Positions 51,909 to 64,000 are shown, numbered from the stretch's first letter. The stretch is 64,000 bases of DNA from Octopus sinensis (GCF_006345805.1 NC_042997.1:137702001-137766000), one strand, 5' to 3'. Program-made: numbers and translations. The notes: a model not told the origin generated them from the letters alone.

Positions 51909-52106
51909 GCTTATAAGAGCTTATAAGCATTCATCATGTATTGGCTATAGAAAATAGTCTAATATTGGAACATATAAGCCCTTCATTGAAAAAAATGGGT
52001 ATTCATGTATTAATACCCATTTTCTGTTGAGGGTTTATAAGCCCCAATATTAGACTATTTTCTGTAGCTAATACACAGTGAACACTTATAAGCTTAAAGC
52101 TTATAA
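51909..52106. repeat. Diverged fold-back (about 95-bp arms)
   Basis: A perfect 20-bp core at 51949-51968 pairs with 52044-52063; the centre is aatgggtatt-catgtatt-aatacccatt. Confidence 0.85.
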
Positions 52107-54840
52107 TTATTTACAGAATTTTCACTTGTTGCTGTTTCTTACACCACATGCACACACACAAACACACACACACACACAAATATACATATGTGCATGTGTG
52201 TGTTTATAATCTTTATATTTAGTTATTTATTATTTTATTGTATTTTCATTGTTATTGCTACTCTCTTTTTCAAGATGTCAGCATTGTTTGAATTGTATTT
52301 AAAGCCTGCAGGATTAAATAGTTCTGAAATGAATGATATTCATTGGATGTCACAAATATTAATGTTAGATTTATAGCCATCCTCATCAATTTATGGCTTC
52401 ATCTAATTTCCTGTTTTTTTTCCTTCCTTTCCTTTTGTTGTCTTTTTTTGTTTGTGTCTTATTTATTGATCTTATATAGGGTTAGGATGATTTAATTCAC
52501 CTCTTTGGTGTCTGAATGATTGTATTGCATTTCCATGAATTTTTAAATTTTGATTTTTTTCCTCCCTAAGATACCATATCATTAAAATAGCTTCCTGTTT
52601 TAAAATGGCTACCACAACACTAATAAATTGGTTGCTATTTATTATATATATTATGCATTACTACCAATATGTTTACTTCGTACCTAAACCTCAATGTACT
52701 TTTAGTATTATTACTATATTTAGAATAGAGAAATAACAATAACATTTGATTGAGTTACATTGTTACTGTACTTGTTTTTCCTGTTAAAAATGGGTTTATT
52801 GTCACCTATACAGACTAACTTGATAACTTGTTGCTATGTTGTGTATGGCATAATAGGTGATGCACTGGAAGTGATGTTAAGTGCTGAAGTGAGCGAATTG
52901 CGTGTTCTCTCTTTTCCATGGACAGTTGGCCAGCATGGACATATAAATGCAGGGTCCTCTGGTATTCTAGCTATTGGATAACAGGTAGGGTAGAGAGTGT
53001 CTCTGAGTCACATAACAAGTTCTAATCAGTGGCTGAGAAATTCCTTTTTGGATTTGTTTGCCAAGTCAAGGTTGCCACAACAAGAGCAGCTAACATTGTG
53101 CTGTCAAATCATTTCATTTCCTCACCAACATTATCAATTGGTCTATTGTATACTTCCACAATGCATTAATATAGTATAGTGTTGTTAGCATGTAAAAAGC
53201 ACACTTTGTTAAGAGGTCAGCATTAGGAAGGGCATCCAGCTGTAGAAACCATGCCACAAGAGATAATTGGAGTCTGGACAGCTCCCTGCTATCCAGCTTC
53301 ATGTCAAACTGTCCAACCCATGCCAGCATGGAAAGTGAACTTTAAACAATGATGATAATGATGATAATGATGATGATAAGATGAAGAGTTTGTTTTCTTT
53401 GTACCAAGATCTCTATTCCTCTAACCTTTTACCTACACACAGGGCTGTTTATCTCTTATTAATTTATGGTAATATTTTAAAATTTACCCTTTAGACAATT
53501 CATTCTGATCTCTATATTTTATCTGTGGCTTTGTTTTGCTAATCTCGCAGTTATTCGTACACAGCATCCTATTAAAATGTGCATAACTTACTAATGATGA
53601 TTACAATCTATAACACCAGTTTCACTGAAGATATTTGCTAATTTGCTTTTAGGCATCCACAAACAATATGCCATCAACTTGCTTTGTCTATTCCATTTGC
53701 AGTATTGTTAATTGTGCTTTTTGATCTTTCCTTGATTCATTTCTACACTTTGGTCTGACCCATTCAATTATAAGCTGAAAGCTGTATGAATAAAATTCTG
53801 CATATTTTTTGTAACTCACAAAGCTGACAGATGAACAAACTATTTCCTCATTATGCATACAACTTCATTTATCCAGATATTCATTTTGTATTTTCTATGA
53901 CAGTTATATCTTTATGATTAGATGTTCAATTAGTTAGTCATTTCACATATGAGGAGATTATCTGAGTTTAATATATACAGTCATTATGTAAGGTTGCTAA
54001 CATAATTCAATGTAAATAATTTCTTGTTCAGTTGTCTGGACACATTGATAATCTAGTAGATGGAATTTTGTTATGGTTTGAATAGTATACATAGGGTTAT
54101 CACCTGATTCTAGATCTTCATCATGTGGGACTGTTCAAACCACAAACTTAATGTCATTTTCCTAGTTGGATTATCAAGCTAGAATTATAAACTTATCTTC
54201 AAGAATCCATTTAAGCTAATAGATTGGTAAAAATGTCTGCACCAAATTTCTCTTGAGTGAGTGTGTGTGTATACATACATACATACATACATACATACAT
54301 ACATACATACATACATACATACATACATACATACATACATACATGCATGCATGCATGCATGTATGTATGCATGCATGTATGTATGCATACATACATAGAT
54401 ATATACATATATATATATATAACAAAGTAATGGCACAAAGCAGTGTTTATGTATAATCACAATTTAGGTTAGTTGAAATATGTGGCAAACGTATTTCAAC
54501 TAACCCAGATTGTAACATATATACATACATATTTATATATCATCACCGTCATTTAATGTCTGCTTTCCATACTGGCATTGGTTGGACAGTTTGACAGGAG
54601 CTGGCTAGGCAAAAGACTGCACCATGCTTCGCTGTCTATTTTGGCAAAGTTTTTACAGCTGGATGACCTTCCTAACACCAGTACACACACACCCATATAT
54701 ATATGCATGCATACATACACACACACACACACATATATATGCATGCTTACACAAACACATACACACACAATTTACAGTGTGCTAGACTGTGCAACACATT
54801 ACCAGTTAATCAGTTTTATATTCAACTTTTATTTTTCATA

Positions 54841-55742
54841 TATTGGGTCATCCCATAAATAATACAGCTTTTTTAATACTTCTTTTATTCTTCAAAAGTA
54901 AGGTAAACAAATTTCTTTTATAATCTAAAATATACTTTCCTTCATTTTCTACGATGCTTTTCCATCTTTCTGGGAGATTTGCAAAGCCCCTCTTCTAAAA
55001 TTCACTTGTCCGTGATGAAAAATACTCCTCCAGTACTGTTCTGACCTCATCTACAGAATTCATATTTTTTCCACCCAAATGATTTTGAAGACTGCTAAAT
55101 AAATGATAACCAGATAGAGAAATGTCTGGTAAATATGGTGGGTGGGGTATCGTTTCCCATTTAAACTGCTCCAGCCTTTGGAATGTCATCCTCACTGTAT
55201 GTAACCAAGCATTAACCTGATGGATGAACACCTTTCATCTTGAAATCAAAGATGGTCAATTTTCTTCTGGTGCTGACTTCAATGACTGGTTGAATGACCA
55301 AGTCCAAGCTTCTCTGCTAGTTCCTCAACAGTTACAATGGGAATTTGTTCCACCAGGGTTTGCAGGACATCATCATTGAGCTCTACAAATCTTCCAAGAT
55401 GAGGCTCATCTTTTAGGCTGTAGTTTCTGGCTCAGAATTTCTGGAACTACCGTTGACACTGGCTTATGCTTATTGTTTGATCCCCATATACTTTTATTGC
55501 CTTTATCGAACTCATAAAGCAAAATATGCTGAATACGCTCCTTTGTCACTTCCATTATAGCTTTGAAAAAATAACTGTTAAAATCGAACTGCACTCTTCA
55601 AAACTTGCACTAAGAATAAGGACATGGTAAAATTACTAACTGTTTTTATAGCAAGTCGATGCAGGTAGTTTATCCTGTCCCCTTCTGACTTTTAGTTCAT
55701 GCAGTTGAAACCAAAACACATTATTTATGTGATGACCCAGTA
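54841..55742 (-). mobile_element. Second copy of the same mariner derivative, opposite orientation
   Basis: Same TIRs and same internal deletion junction (ggtcattcRaccagtcattNaagtcagcac). Reads MEVTKERIQHILLYEFDKG and HPPYLPDISLSGYHLF. Confidence 0.9.
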
Positions 55743-57233
55743 GTTTTAGTCTAGTCCTCATAACAAGATATAGACTAGAGTACAGAGTTTGAGTCACATT
55801 TTATATAGTAATAAGAAACAGAGAAATACTGAGAAAGTGAACCACGAGCTTAAGAAATGCTTGCTTATTAATGCTTAAAAATACCAAATGCATATATGAT
55901 TCATGTGTCCCTTCGTGTATTTTTTTCGTAAGAGAACCACTATTCTGTGCATCTGATCTACTCTGTTATTCACTAAATTCTGGGAACCACATCCAACATT
56001 CTTTAACTCTTTTACTGTGGAAATCAGATATATCCACTCAAAATTTCATTACCCTTAACTTCGGAAAGCAGTTTAATATATTGATCTTATCTTTTGTTGA
56101 ACAATGTCATTTTTGAAACTTTTCTTTTTTTCACTTTTGACATATGTCAAGTCTACTGAGACAATGTTACTTGCAGAAAATATTTTTTATTTTTTAGTGG
56201 TTATTAAACATCATTACTTGAATAAACATGAAATTTGATTTTGCAGTTAAAGGGTTAAGAATCTTTTTAGCAGCTGAGATAATTAGTGGATAGTCAGCCT
56301 AGTTTTGACAAATTTAATTTGGTCATATTTTTCTTCTTGATAGATTTCATGATATATTAGTATGAGGAGTGTCATAACTTCTCACATGGTTTTACACCAA
56401 CACCTGGCACACTTGATACCTTTAACAAGAGTTTACGCTGCTGCTAGTTTTCAATTCAGGTCACTGGTTTGAAGATATTTTCCTCCCTCCAGACTCAGAA
56501 GCCCTGCTAAGGGTTGTCGACCCTGCCTTCTCTCCAGACTAGAAAGATAAAAAGAAAATAAACACTCAACGTAATGGCTATTATATCTATTCTATCTTAA
56601 AACTAATTCAGTGAGGTCACAATTGCAGCTGCATCATAGTTTCAGCTTTATATTAATGTATCTTTAGCAGGCATCTGGAGACATTCAAATAAGTCGAGAC
56701 AGGATTAGCAAGAGGAAATATAACAATCTGTTGTTATTGTTGTCCTTTAGCTCCAGGTGAGTCTGAATTCAGCAGAATCAGAATTGAAATTACTCCAGCT
56801 ATGTCATTTTAGAGAGTATCAAAGACTAGATTAATTGATATGTACTTTTGCTGAAAAAAGATGGCAGGGTGTGATTTGAGGGGCTGTTAGTTGTTATTTT
56901 TAGCATGTTAGCAATGTGGACTCTGTAAATTGCAATGTGATCAGAAGTGGTTTGGGGATCCTTCCTAATGTTGGTAAAGAAAGGCATCAAGCCATAGAAA
57001 CCATGCCAAATCAAACAGGTGTCTGGTGCAGCCTTCCAGCTTGCCAACCCTGGTCAAACTGTTCAACCCATGCCAGCATGGATAATGGATGTTAAATTAT
57101 GATGATGATATATGACTCAATGGCTTGGATGTTGTTTGCCTTCTGCCTGTCAAATTGAAGAATGCAATACCACCCAATTTCTGTATTTCTGTAAACTGTT
57201 ATTGTTGCTGAATTCCAAATCAGTTCTGAATAA

Positions 57234-57269
<36 letters not shown>

Positions 57270-57389
57270 GGAAAGGCATTCAGTTGTAGAAACACTGCCA
57301 GATCAGACTGGAGCCTGGTGCAGCCTCCTGACTTCCCAGACCCCGGTCGAACTGTCCAACCCATGGTAGCATGGAAAACGGACGTAGCC

Positions 57390-57679
57390 ATCTTATCTGG
57401 CTACCACAGTCACCAGATCTCAATATTACTGAACATTTGTGGTGCATTTTAGAAAAATAAGTAAGGAGTCGATATCTTCCACCATCATCACTACAAGAAC
57501 TGGAGACTGTTTTAGCTGAAGAATGGACAAAAATTCCTTTGGAAACAATTCAAACTTTGTATGAGTTCATACCTCATAGAATTCAAGCTGTAATTACTAC
57601 CAAAGGCGGTTCAACCCCATATTAAAATAAATATGTTTGAAATTTTAAAGTGTTTCCATTATTTTGTCCAACTCCTGTA
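57390..57679 (+). mobile_element. Tc1-family transposon 3' fragment
   Basis: Reads WLPQSPDLNITEHLW...EEWTKIP...RIQAVITTKGGSTPY*, then TIR ccattattttgtccaactcctg followed by TA. Confidence 0.85.
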
Positions 57680-59664
57680 GCTTCTATAACTGGATACCCT
57701 TCCTAGTGCCAACTACCTTATAGAGTGTGCTGAGTGCCTATTTATGTGCCACTGGCACAGGAGCATTTATGCAGCATCAGCACAAGTGCATTTTACATGG
57801 CACTAGTACCTATAAAGGTCATATCTGTATGTATGGATGACCATGATTTTACTTAGCTTCACACATCTTCTCAAGTAAAGCAAATCACTACAACTCCTGG
57901 AGCCTTGTGGCCAGGAGTTTCCACAGTGTGGCCCAGCACTCCCAGTTCTTCTATATCACTCTTGGCCTGCACAGCCACCACAGGCACCAGCACCCTTCAC
58001 ACCCATCAGGACAAAGAGGCTCAATCACTCGCTACAGGCTAACTACTCATATATGAGTATATGAGTTAATGCCAACAACAACACACACACACTGAAACAC
58101 CCACACCATGCAATCATGTATAAATAATGTAGCTTCTATACTCACAATCACGCACATATACACTTAAAATGTTAATTACACATGCACTCACGCAAACAGA
58201 TATTCTAAACCAACATATAAAAACTGATCGTTTGAAGATCAGTGAGCAGGTCACAGAAGTGTGACAAAAGACTGTTTATTAACAATGAAATAATTAAATA
58301 ATAAAGAAGCTAATAATAACTGCAACTAATGTGTGCATATTTATGATTATTGAAGAGGATATCTGAAATACATGCATATATTCATTCATGCATGCATGCT
58401 TACACGCACACACACACATACATACACACAGACACATACTGACATGTACATACATACATGCATTTATTCATTCATTTGTTTTATTGCTTTGAAAACTACA
58501 TAAAAGTGAACTTTATAAATTACACACTTTTTTACTGCTCCAATTCCCTTCCCTGTTTTCTGATGCTGAATTGTTTTGCTTTATTTATTCATTTGTTGAT
58601 TTATTTTTATTGCTTTCTTTATAAATTGAATTTCCTTATTTCTATATTCTTTGTTGTGTTTGAACTCAATAGAGGGAAACTAAATCCATTCTGCTATGCA
58701 TTTCTGTTTCATATATGACTTTAAAAATTATATGATTCCTCCAATTGTCTTTTTGCATGTATGTGTGTTAAACTGATAAATGTTGTCAGGTTGAATCTAC
58801 AATTTAGTTTTCATTCCTATTTGTAGTCAAATTGCTTCATTTCAATAATACTGCTCATATCTCCAGGAAATGCATGAATGTCACAATATTATATTTATAT
58901 TTCCTCTCTCTTATAAATCTCAGCTCTTTGTCACATTATGTTTTATTATTTTGCTAGTCTCAGTCATTGGACTGCAATCTTTGAGTACAGCTTACATTTC
59001 ACTAGTATGAACGTTTTTAGAATATACAGCTGTGAAACAATATCTACTAAAATAATTCAGATTAATATCCTAATTTGTATTATCATTTAACCATTTCAAA
59101 TATAGAGCACATATGCAAAATATAAGAAAAAAAAATTCTTGTTATTTACATCATAAGAGTTTTATAAACTTACAAGAGAATGTGAAATAATTCATTTTGG
59201 AAGCACTCATAAAGCTATAAACAATAGCATGAAAAAGTCAAAGACAGCCTTTGAATTTTTTTTTATTTGAAATGGTTTTTCAATCCAATATTTACATGCT
59301 ATTATTTATAGCTTTATCATCTGCTTGAAAATCCACTTTCTCTTGAAAGTTTATAAAATTTTTATAACACCAACAACCTACAATTCTTGTTGGTAAGAAT
59401 GAAGTTTCTTAAATGGATAGAGAAATTCTAAGGATTTATTCATGCATTTTCTTCTGGTTCATTTCATTCCTAAAGACAGTCATTCTTGAAATAGTTCTTA
59501 GTTTACTTCATAAAAAAGGGAGATTCATACACTTCTATTATCTATTTATTTATTTATTTATTTATTCAAGATTTGATGGATTAACATAAGATACTCTTGC
59601 AACCTGGGTCTTAAAAGAGATATAGATTCAAGAAAGTTAATACAGGACAAGTGAACTCTTCTAA

Positions 59665-59892
59665 TTAACCCTTTAGCATTTAAACCAGCCATATCTGGCC
59701 CAAATATTCTACTTGTTTTGTGTTCTAACCAACCAAATCTAGCCTATCACACCTACCCTTCGATGCCATTATAAAAATATATAATCACATCATGAAAATT
59801 TCAAAGCTACAAAATAATGCATAATTAATTAAAAACAATGTGAATGAAAAATCATTACATTTGACAGGGTAATGTGAATGCTGAAGGGTTAA
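59665..59892. mobile_element. piggyBac-like MITE, family 1
   Basis: Ends TTAACCCTTTAGCATT ... AATGCTGAAGGGTTAA. Confidence 0.8.
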
Positions 59893-60384
59893 AGAATCTA
59901 AAGCTTTATTTCCTACCTAATATTGCTCTATGTCTATAGCTAAGAGAGTTGAGTGTTGCTACATGTAAACAGTTGCCTTGAATGAACTTGATCCATTACT
60001 GGAAGCAGTTGTGTCAAGATAGATCTGACAAGTGTTTCTTTAAATGTTAGTGCTTTGGTTAGTTGACATCATGGGTGTAAAAATCTAACAAAAGACTTAC
60101 AGATACATGAGCTGAGATATATCGCAACTACTTAATACTGTGAACATGATTTTAGAGCAAGAATGAGTAAATGGTGTACAATGAGAAGCAGATCATTCTG
60201 TTTCTGTTAAGAAGACTGTAGAATTCTTGACTAGGAACATAGTGCAGCAATGATTAGGAGATATAAATAACTCCACCCTTCAGTTGATATGTCACCACCC
60301 TAATGACTCAGCCCGCTGAAACAATAACGTCTAATTAGGATTATTGATATCCTATCACTAGCACGTGCACACACTCACACCACG

Positions 60385-60419
<35 letters not shown>

Positions 60420-60655
60420 TATATATATATATATTATATATATATATGAGAGGTATTGGTATCTAGAATACCCAAAAAGTGTCAGGTAATGCTAAGTAAG
60501 TGCTATGGACAGACTGTAGTTAAACTCTTTGTTTGATAATGATATGAGTGAAGAGTCTAATGTGAGTCTTGTATTAGCATGCATATATATATTAGATAGA
60601 GTGAGATAATAAATTCAAAGCTGTGAGGAGTTTCCTGGACATTTATAAGGAAATA

Positions 60656-60703
60656 GTCTTACAGCTGTTTCTTGGATATTATGGATATCCCTTCATCAGA
60701 CGG
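60656..60703 (-). ncRNA. Hammerhead family 3, left (inverted) copy, helix I damaged
   Basis: Minus strand reads ccgt-CUGAUGA-A-GGGAUAU-ccaua-AUAUCCA-A-GAAA-CAGCUG-UA/-AGAC. It lacks the CT dinucleotide that the right copy uses for helix I. Confidence 0.6.
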
Positions 60704-60825
60704 TGTGAGAAGGTTAAATAGTGGAAATATTTGAGTTTGAATAATTATATCTTATTTCTACGTTCATTTGCTTATTTCCCTCTGTATTCCCTATCTCCTC
60801 CTTTTCCATAACAATTGAAACTCAA

Positions 60826-61340
60826 GTCGGTGACATGTAAAAGCACCATCCATTTGTGGCCGTTTGCCAGCCCTGTCTGGCCCCCATGTCGGTGACATGT
60901 AAAAGCACCATCCGTTCGTGTCCGTTTGCCAGCCCTGTCTGGCCCCCATGTCGGTGACATGTAAAAGCACCATCTGTTCGTGTCCGTTGCCAGCCTCGCC
61001 TGGCCCCCGTGCCGGTGACACGTAAAAGCACCATCTGTTCGTGGCCGTTTGCCAGCCCTGTCTGGCCCCCGTGTCGGTGGCATGTAAAAGCACCATCCGT
61101 TCGTGCCCGTTGCCAGCCTCGCCTGGCCCCCGTGCCGGTGACACGTAGAAGCACCATCTGTTTCGTGTCCGTTTGCCAGCTCTGTCTGGCCCCCGTGTTG
61201 GTGGCACGTAAAAGCACCATCCGTTCGTGTCCGTTGCCAGCCTCGCCTGGCCCCGTGCCGGTGACACGTAAAAGCACCATCCGTTCGTGGCCGTTTGCCA
61301 GCTCTGTTTGGCACCTGTGCGGGTGGCACGTAAAAAGCAC
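60826..61340 (+). repeat. GC-rich minisatellite, 8 units of 60-63 bp plus a partial unit
   Basis: Units start at 60826, 60888, 60950, 61011, 61073, 61134, 61197, 61257 and 61319 (partial). Confidence 0.95.
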
Positions 61341-61510
61341 CCACTACACTCACGGAGTGGTTGGCGTTAGGAAGGGCATCCAGCCGTAGAAACACTGCCA
61401 GATCTGACTGGGCCTGATGAAGCCTTCCAGCTTCACAGACCCCAGTTGAACCGTCCAACCCATGCTAGCATGGAGAACGGACACTAAATGATGATGATGA
61501 TGATGATGAT
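60826..61510 (+). mobile_element. SINE-like family C with internal minisatellite and (ATG)n tail
   Basis: 3' part ttggcgttaggaagggcatccagc.gtagaaac...ccaacccatgctagcatgga...aaatgatgatg recurs at about 960, 16070, 16750, 18550, 19670, 20148, 20842, 22250, 43132, 44500, 53185, 54540, 56960 and 57270 in both orientations. Confidence 0.85.
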
Positions 61511-61526
61511 TTAAGCTTCTCACACC

Positions 61527-61574
61527 GTCTCTGATGAAGGCATATCCATAATATCCCAGAAACAGTTGTAAGAC
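61527..61574 (+). ncRNA. Minimal type-I hammerhead ribozyme motif, family 3, right copy
   Basis: Reads GTCT-CTGATGA-A-GGCATAT-ccata-ATATCCC-A-GAAA-CAGTTG-TA/-AGAC. Helix I GTCT/AGAC, 7-bp stem II with one C-C mismatch, GUA triplet. Confidence 0.68.
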
Positions 61575-61637
61575 TATTTCTTTATAAATGTCCTGGAAAC
61601 TTCTTACAGCCTTGGCTTTATTATCTCATTCTGTCTA

Positions 61638-61670
<33 letters not shown>

Positions 61671-62233
61671 ATATATATCCATATATATATATCCATCATG
61701 ATCTATAAATAATTATATATTTTGCACTCCATAGTCATCTTGTCTTTATTCAGATAAAGTATATGCTTTATTACATTACCCAATATGTCCTTCCATTTCT
61801 GAAATGGTAGAGTATGATATGAAGGAAATGGTTGCTATTTCTCATAGGTGTCATAGTCACATAGAGTCTATCTCATTGGTTTATGTATAACTAAATATTT
61901 TATTATTTTGTAATGATGAATTCAAATCCTAATTATAGCACACAAGTCTGTCATAATTTAGATTTACTAAACAAAGATTTTAAGGTGCTTCAGTGACTCC
62001 ATATGTTATGGAGTTCAAAAGAACAAAACTGATTTAAACTTCACTACTTAATTATGATATTTATGATTATGATGACTAACTATGAAATCTTATGAAAATA
62101 TGTTAAAGGAGAATAATATGTATTGCTCAACAGAATTTACTTATAACACATCCTTATTTGAAATTTTGGAAGAGACTGCACATATTTTTTTTGGGAGTCT
62201 TGATAGCTCTTCTGGGTCCTTTTCTATTTCTAG

Positions 62234-62344
62234 GCCCATGTCCTGAAGACAGGAAAGGAAGTACACCTGAGGGAGATATTGATGTTGCATTTGACCGTTA
62301 CTCACAGCAAATCACTGATTTAGAAAATGGTAATAATTCTTGTG
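62234..62344 (+). CDS. RPH3A: Probable rabphilin linker exon 8 (GPCPEDRKGSTPEGDIDVAFDRYSQQITDLENGNNSC)
   Basis: Acceptor ccttttctatttctag, donor G|gtaagt, 111 nt, phase 1-1, compatible with exon 7. Assignment rests on splice sites and frame, not on recognised homology. Confidence 0.68.
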
Positions 62345-62977
62345 GTAAGTCATCAAGAAAGTGTATATATAATGTCAATGCATATTCTACCTTTACACCT
62401 ACAATAACAACAACAGTGAATATAATTCTTACTTGTCCACTATCGTTATTATCATAATAACAATAATTGACACTTATATTCACCAATTCACATTAATATT
62501 TTTTCACATGATTTTTCTCTTTTGTGCTCTGAATTCATATTAAACCTGAGATGAATCTGAATGCTCATTACAGAAGTAGCTAATTAACGTCTTTTTTTTT
62601 TTTTTTTTGTCATCAGTCTCATAGTGTCTCATGTTTTAGGATTCTGTTCTAAAGCTTTATTATAGATTTTCTTACTTCCGTTAGGAAATCTTAAAATAAG
62701 GACAAGATTAACAGAAATAGGTGCAGCATTAGAATGAGACAAACACATAGTTTAATTTTAATTGAATAATTTGGTCGTTCAACTTGAAATCCTTCAAGCA
62801 GAAGTCCCTGATAACTTGGCTTGGGTTATTTTGCACCCAGCTGCACAGGAAGAATAAATTTTAAAATTTTCTATTTTATTGACTATCACAGTCTTCAGGG
62901 TGTTTTTTGCATTACATGTGTGTTATTTATGTAATAGTTAAGTTATATATTTTGCATTTTATTGTGTTTTGTTATGA

Positions 62978-63052
62978 CCCCCTCATCCATGGAAAAATGC
63001 TCTTGCATGAAACTGGTCCATAGTGCAAAAATGATTGGAGACCACTGATTTA
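62978..63052. mobile_element. hAT (Charlie-like) MITE terminus
   Basis: atgaaactggtccatagtgcaaaaatgattggagaccactg resembles the common hAT end (ccggtccctggtgccaaaaaggttggggaccgctg). The partner TIR was not found. Confidence 0.5.
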
Positions 63053-64000
63053 GGGAACAGTGAGTAAGGAAACTTTTGTTTTAGTTCTCCATATAGGAAC
63101 TAGAAGTATATCTTTCAGCTATTAAATGTCTCTTTGAGTTGTCATTCACACACTGAATGCTGAGATGCATTGCAACTCTATAAATTGGTTTAGCTTTGGA
63201 AATAGATTCAATTCAGTATGATTGATTGTCATTGTATACAAATATAACAACAATAATAACAAACATAATGGAAAATAAATTATAGATCAAGTTACAATAA
63301 TAACAATCTATTGTAAACCAACAACAATAACATAGAACAGCATACATTCAACATGACAGTAATTACTATATCAATATAACAACAACATAATTATATTAGC
63401 AAATATAAGCAGAAACACTTATCTATATTCATAATAATCCCATTTCCTATCAGTGGTAGAAAGCTTCTTGTCTAGTTCTGTTTGTGTTAACTATTAGATT
63501 GCACAAAGATGAACATGTGTTTAGATAGTCTCTAATGTCTGAGATGAATCTGAATGCTCATTACAGAAGTAGCTAATTAACTGCTATTTGCATATACAGG
63601 TATACCAAGTGTATATTTATTTAATAACTATACATTAGGCTTTCTGTTTATTCTTGTAAATTTTCAAGTATAAATATAATATTCAATCCAGATATCTGCT
63701 TCTTCAGTTCTGTTTATTATTTATTTTATTTTATTTTGTAACTTGTGAATAATAATGTTACAATGTTACAGCTTTCCAATGAGCCAGTCTCTAGTTTTCT
63801 GCATTCCTAATGGTGAAAGACACAAGGGAACATCTGTAACCGAGTTTAGGAAGATTTTTTGAAAAGCATCTGTTTTTCCCTTTTGTATTCTTCACTGGTA
63901 TATGGCAGAAGATATAAACATTAATACTTATATATGTGTGAGTGTGTATATATATTGTACAGACAAGGAGGTAATATTTTGAATGCTGTATGCCATAGAA

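Noticed and set aside
52926-52984. AG/GT-bounded 59-nt segment as a coding exon
   Set aside because: It contains an in-frame TAA in phase 1 and lies in what looks like decayed TE sequence.
60826-61340. CRISPR-like array
   Set aside because: Units are contiguous near-identical repeats without unique spacers, there are no cas genes, and the context is eukaryotic.
60772-61458. 228-aa and overlapping repeat-protein ORFs
   Set aside because: A by-product of the 123-bp dimer periodicity of a SINE-internal minisatellite; no splice or homology support.
62158-62457. 99-aa ORF with a hydrophobic N-terminus resembling a signal or TM segment
   Set aside because: The hydrophobic part is the translated polypyrimidine tract; only 62234-62344 is bounded by splice sites.
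62345-64000. C2A/C2B or Doc2-type Munc13-binding exons
   Set aside because: None were recognisable in the window; they are presumably downstream, so full-length rabphilin status is not demonstrated here.

Overview
AT-rich, microsatellite-saturated animal genomic DNA. The SINE repertoire and repeat density suggest an octopus/coleoid cephalopod (inference). One host gene is supported, on the + strand: a rabphilin-3A/Noc2 (RPH3A/RPH3AL)-family Rab effector. Eight coding exons (17905-62344) join in frame through canonical GT-AG sites. They encode the Rab-binding helix, FYVE-like Zn finger, SGAWFF motif and part of the linker; no C2-domain exons lie in the window. The rest is transposon-derived: a decayed Penelope-like element, R4/Dong-type RLE LINEs at (TAA)n, Tx1 and RTE fragments, Tc1 and mariner elements, piggyBac- and Harbinger-like MITEs, and several tRNA-SINE families. 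Most notable observations: (1) five minimal type-I hammerhead ribozyme motifs from three unrelated sequence families, four of them in outward-facing inverted pairs; (2) a 320-bp near-perfect palindrome in intron 3; (3) a linker built from symmetric phase-1 exons, with candidate microexons, in-frame alternative donors and candidate terminal exons that could give a C2-less Noc2-like isoform; (4) intronic pre-miRNA-sized hairpins. All structures were read by eye; no database searches or folding programs were run, and TE boundaries are approximate.
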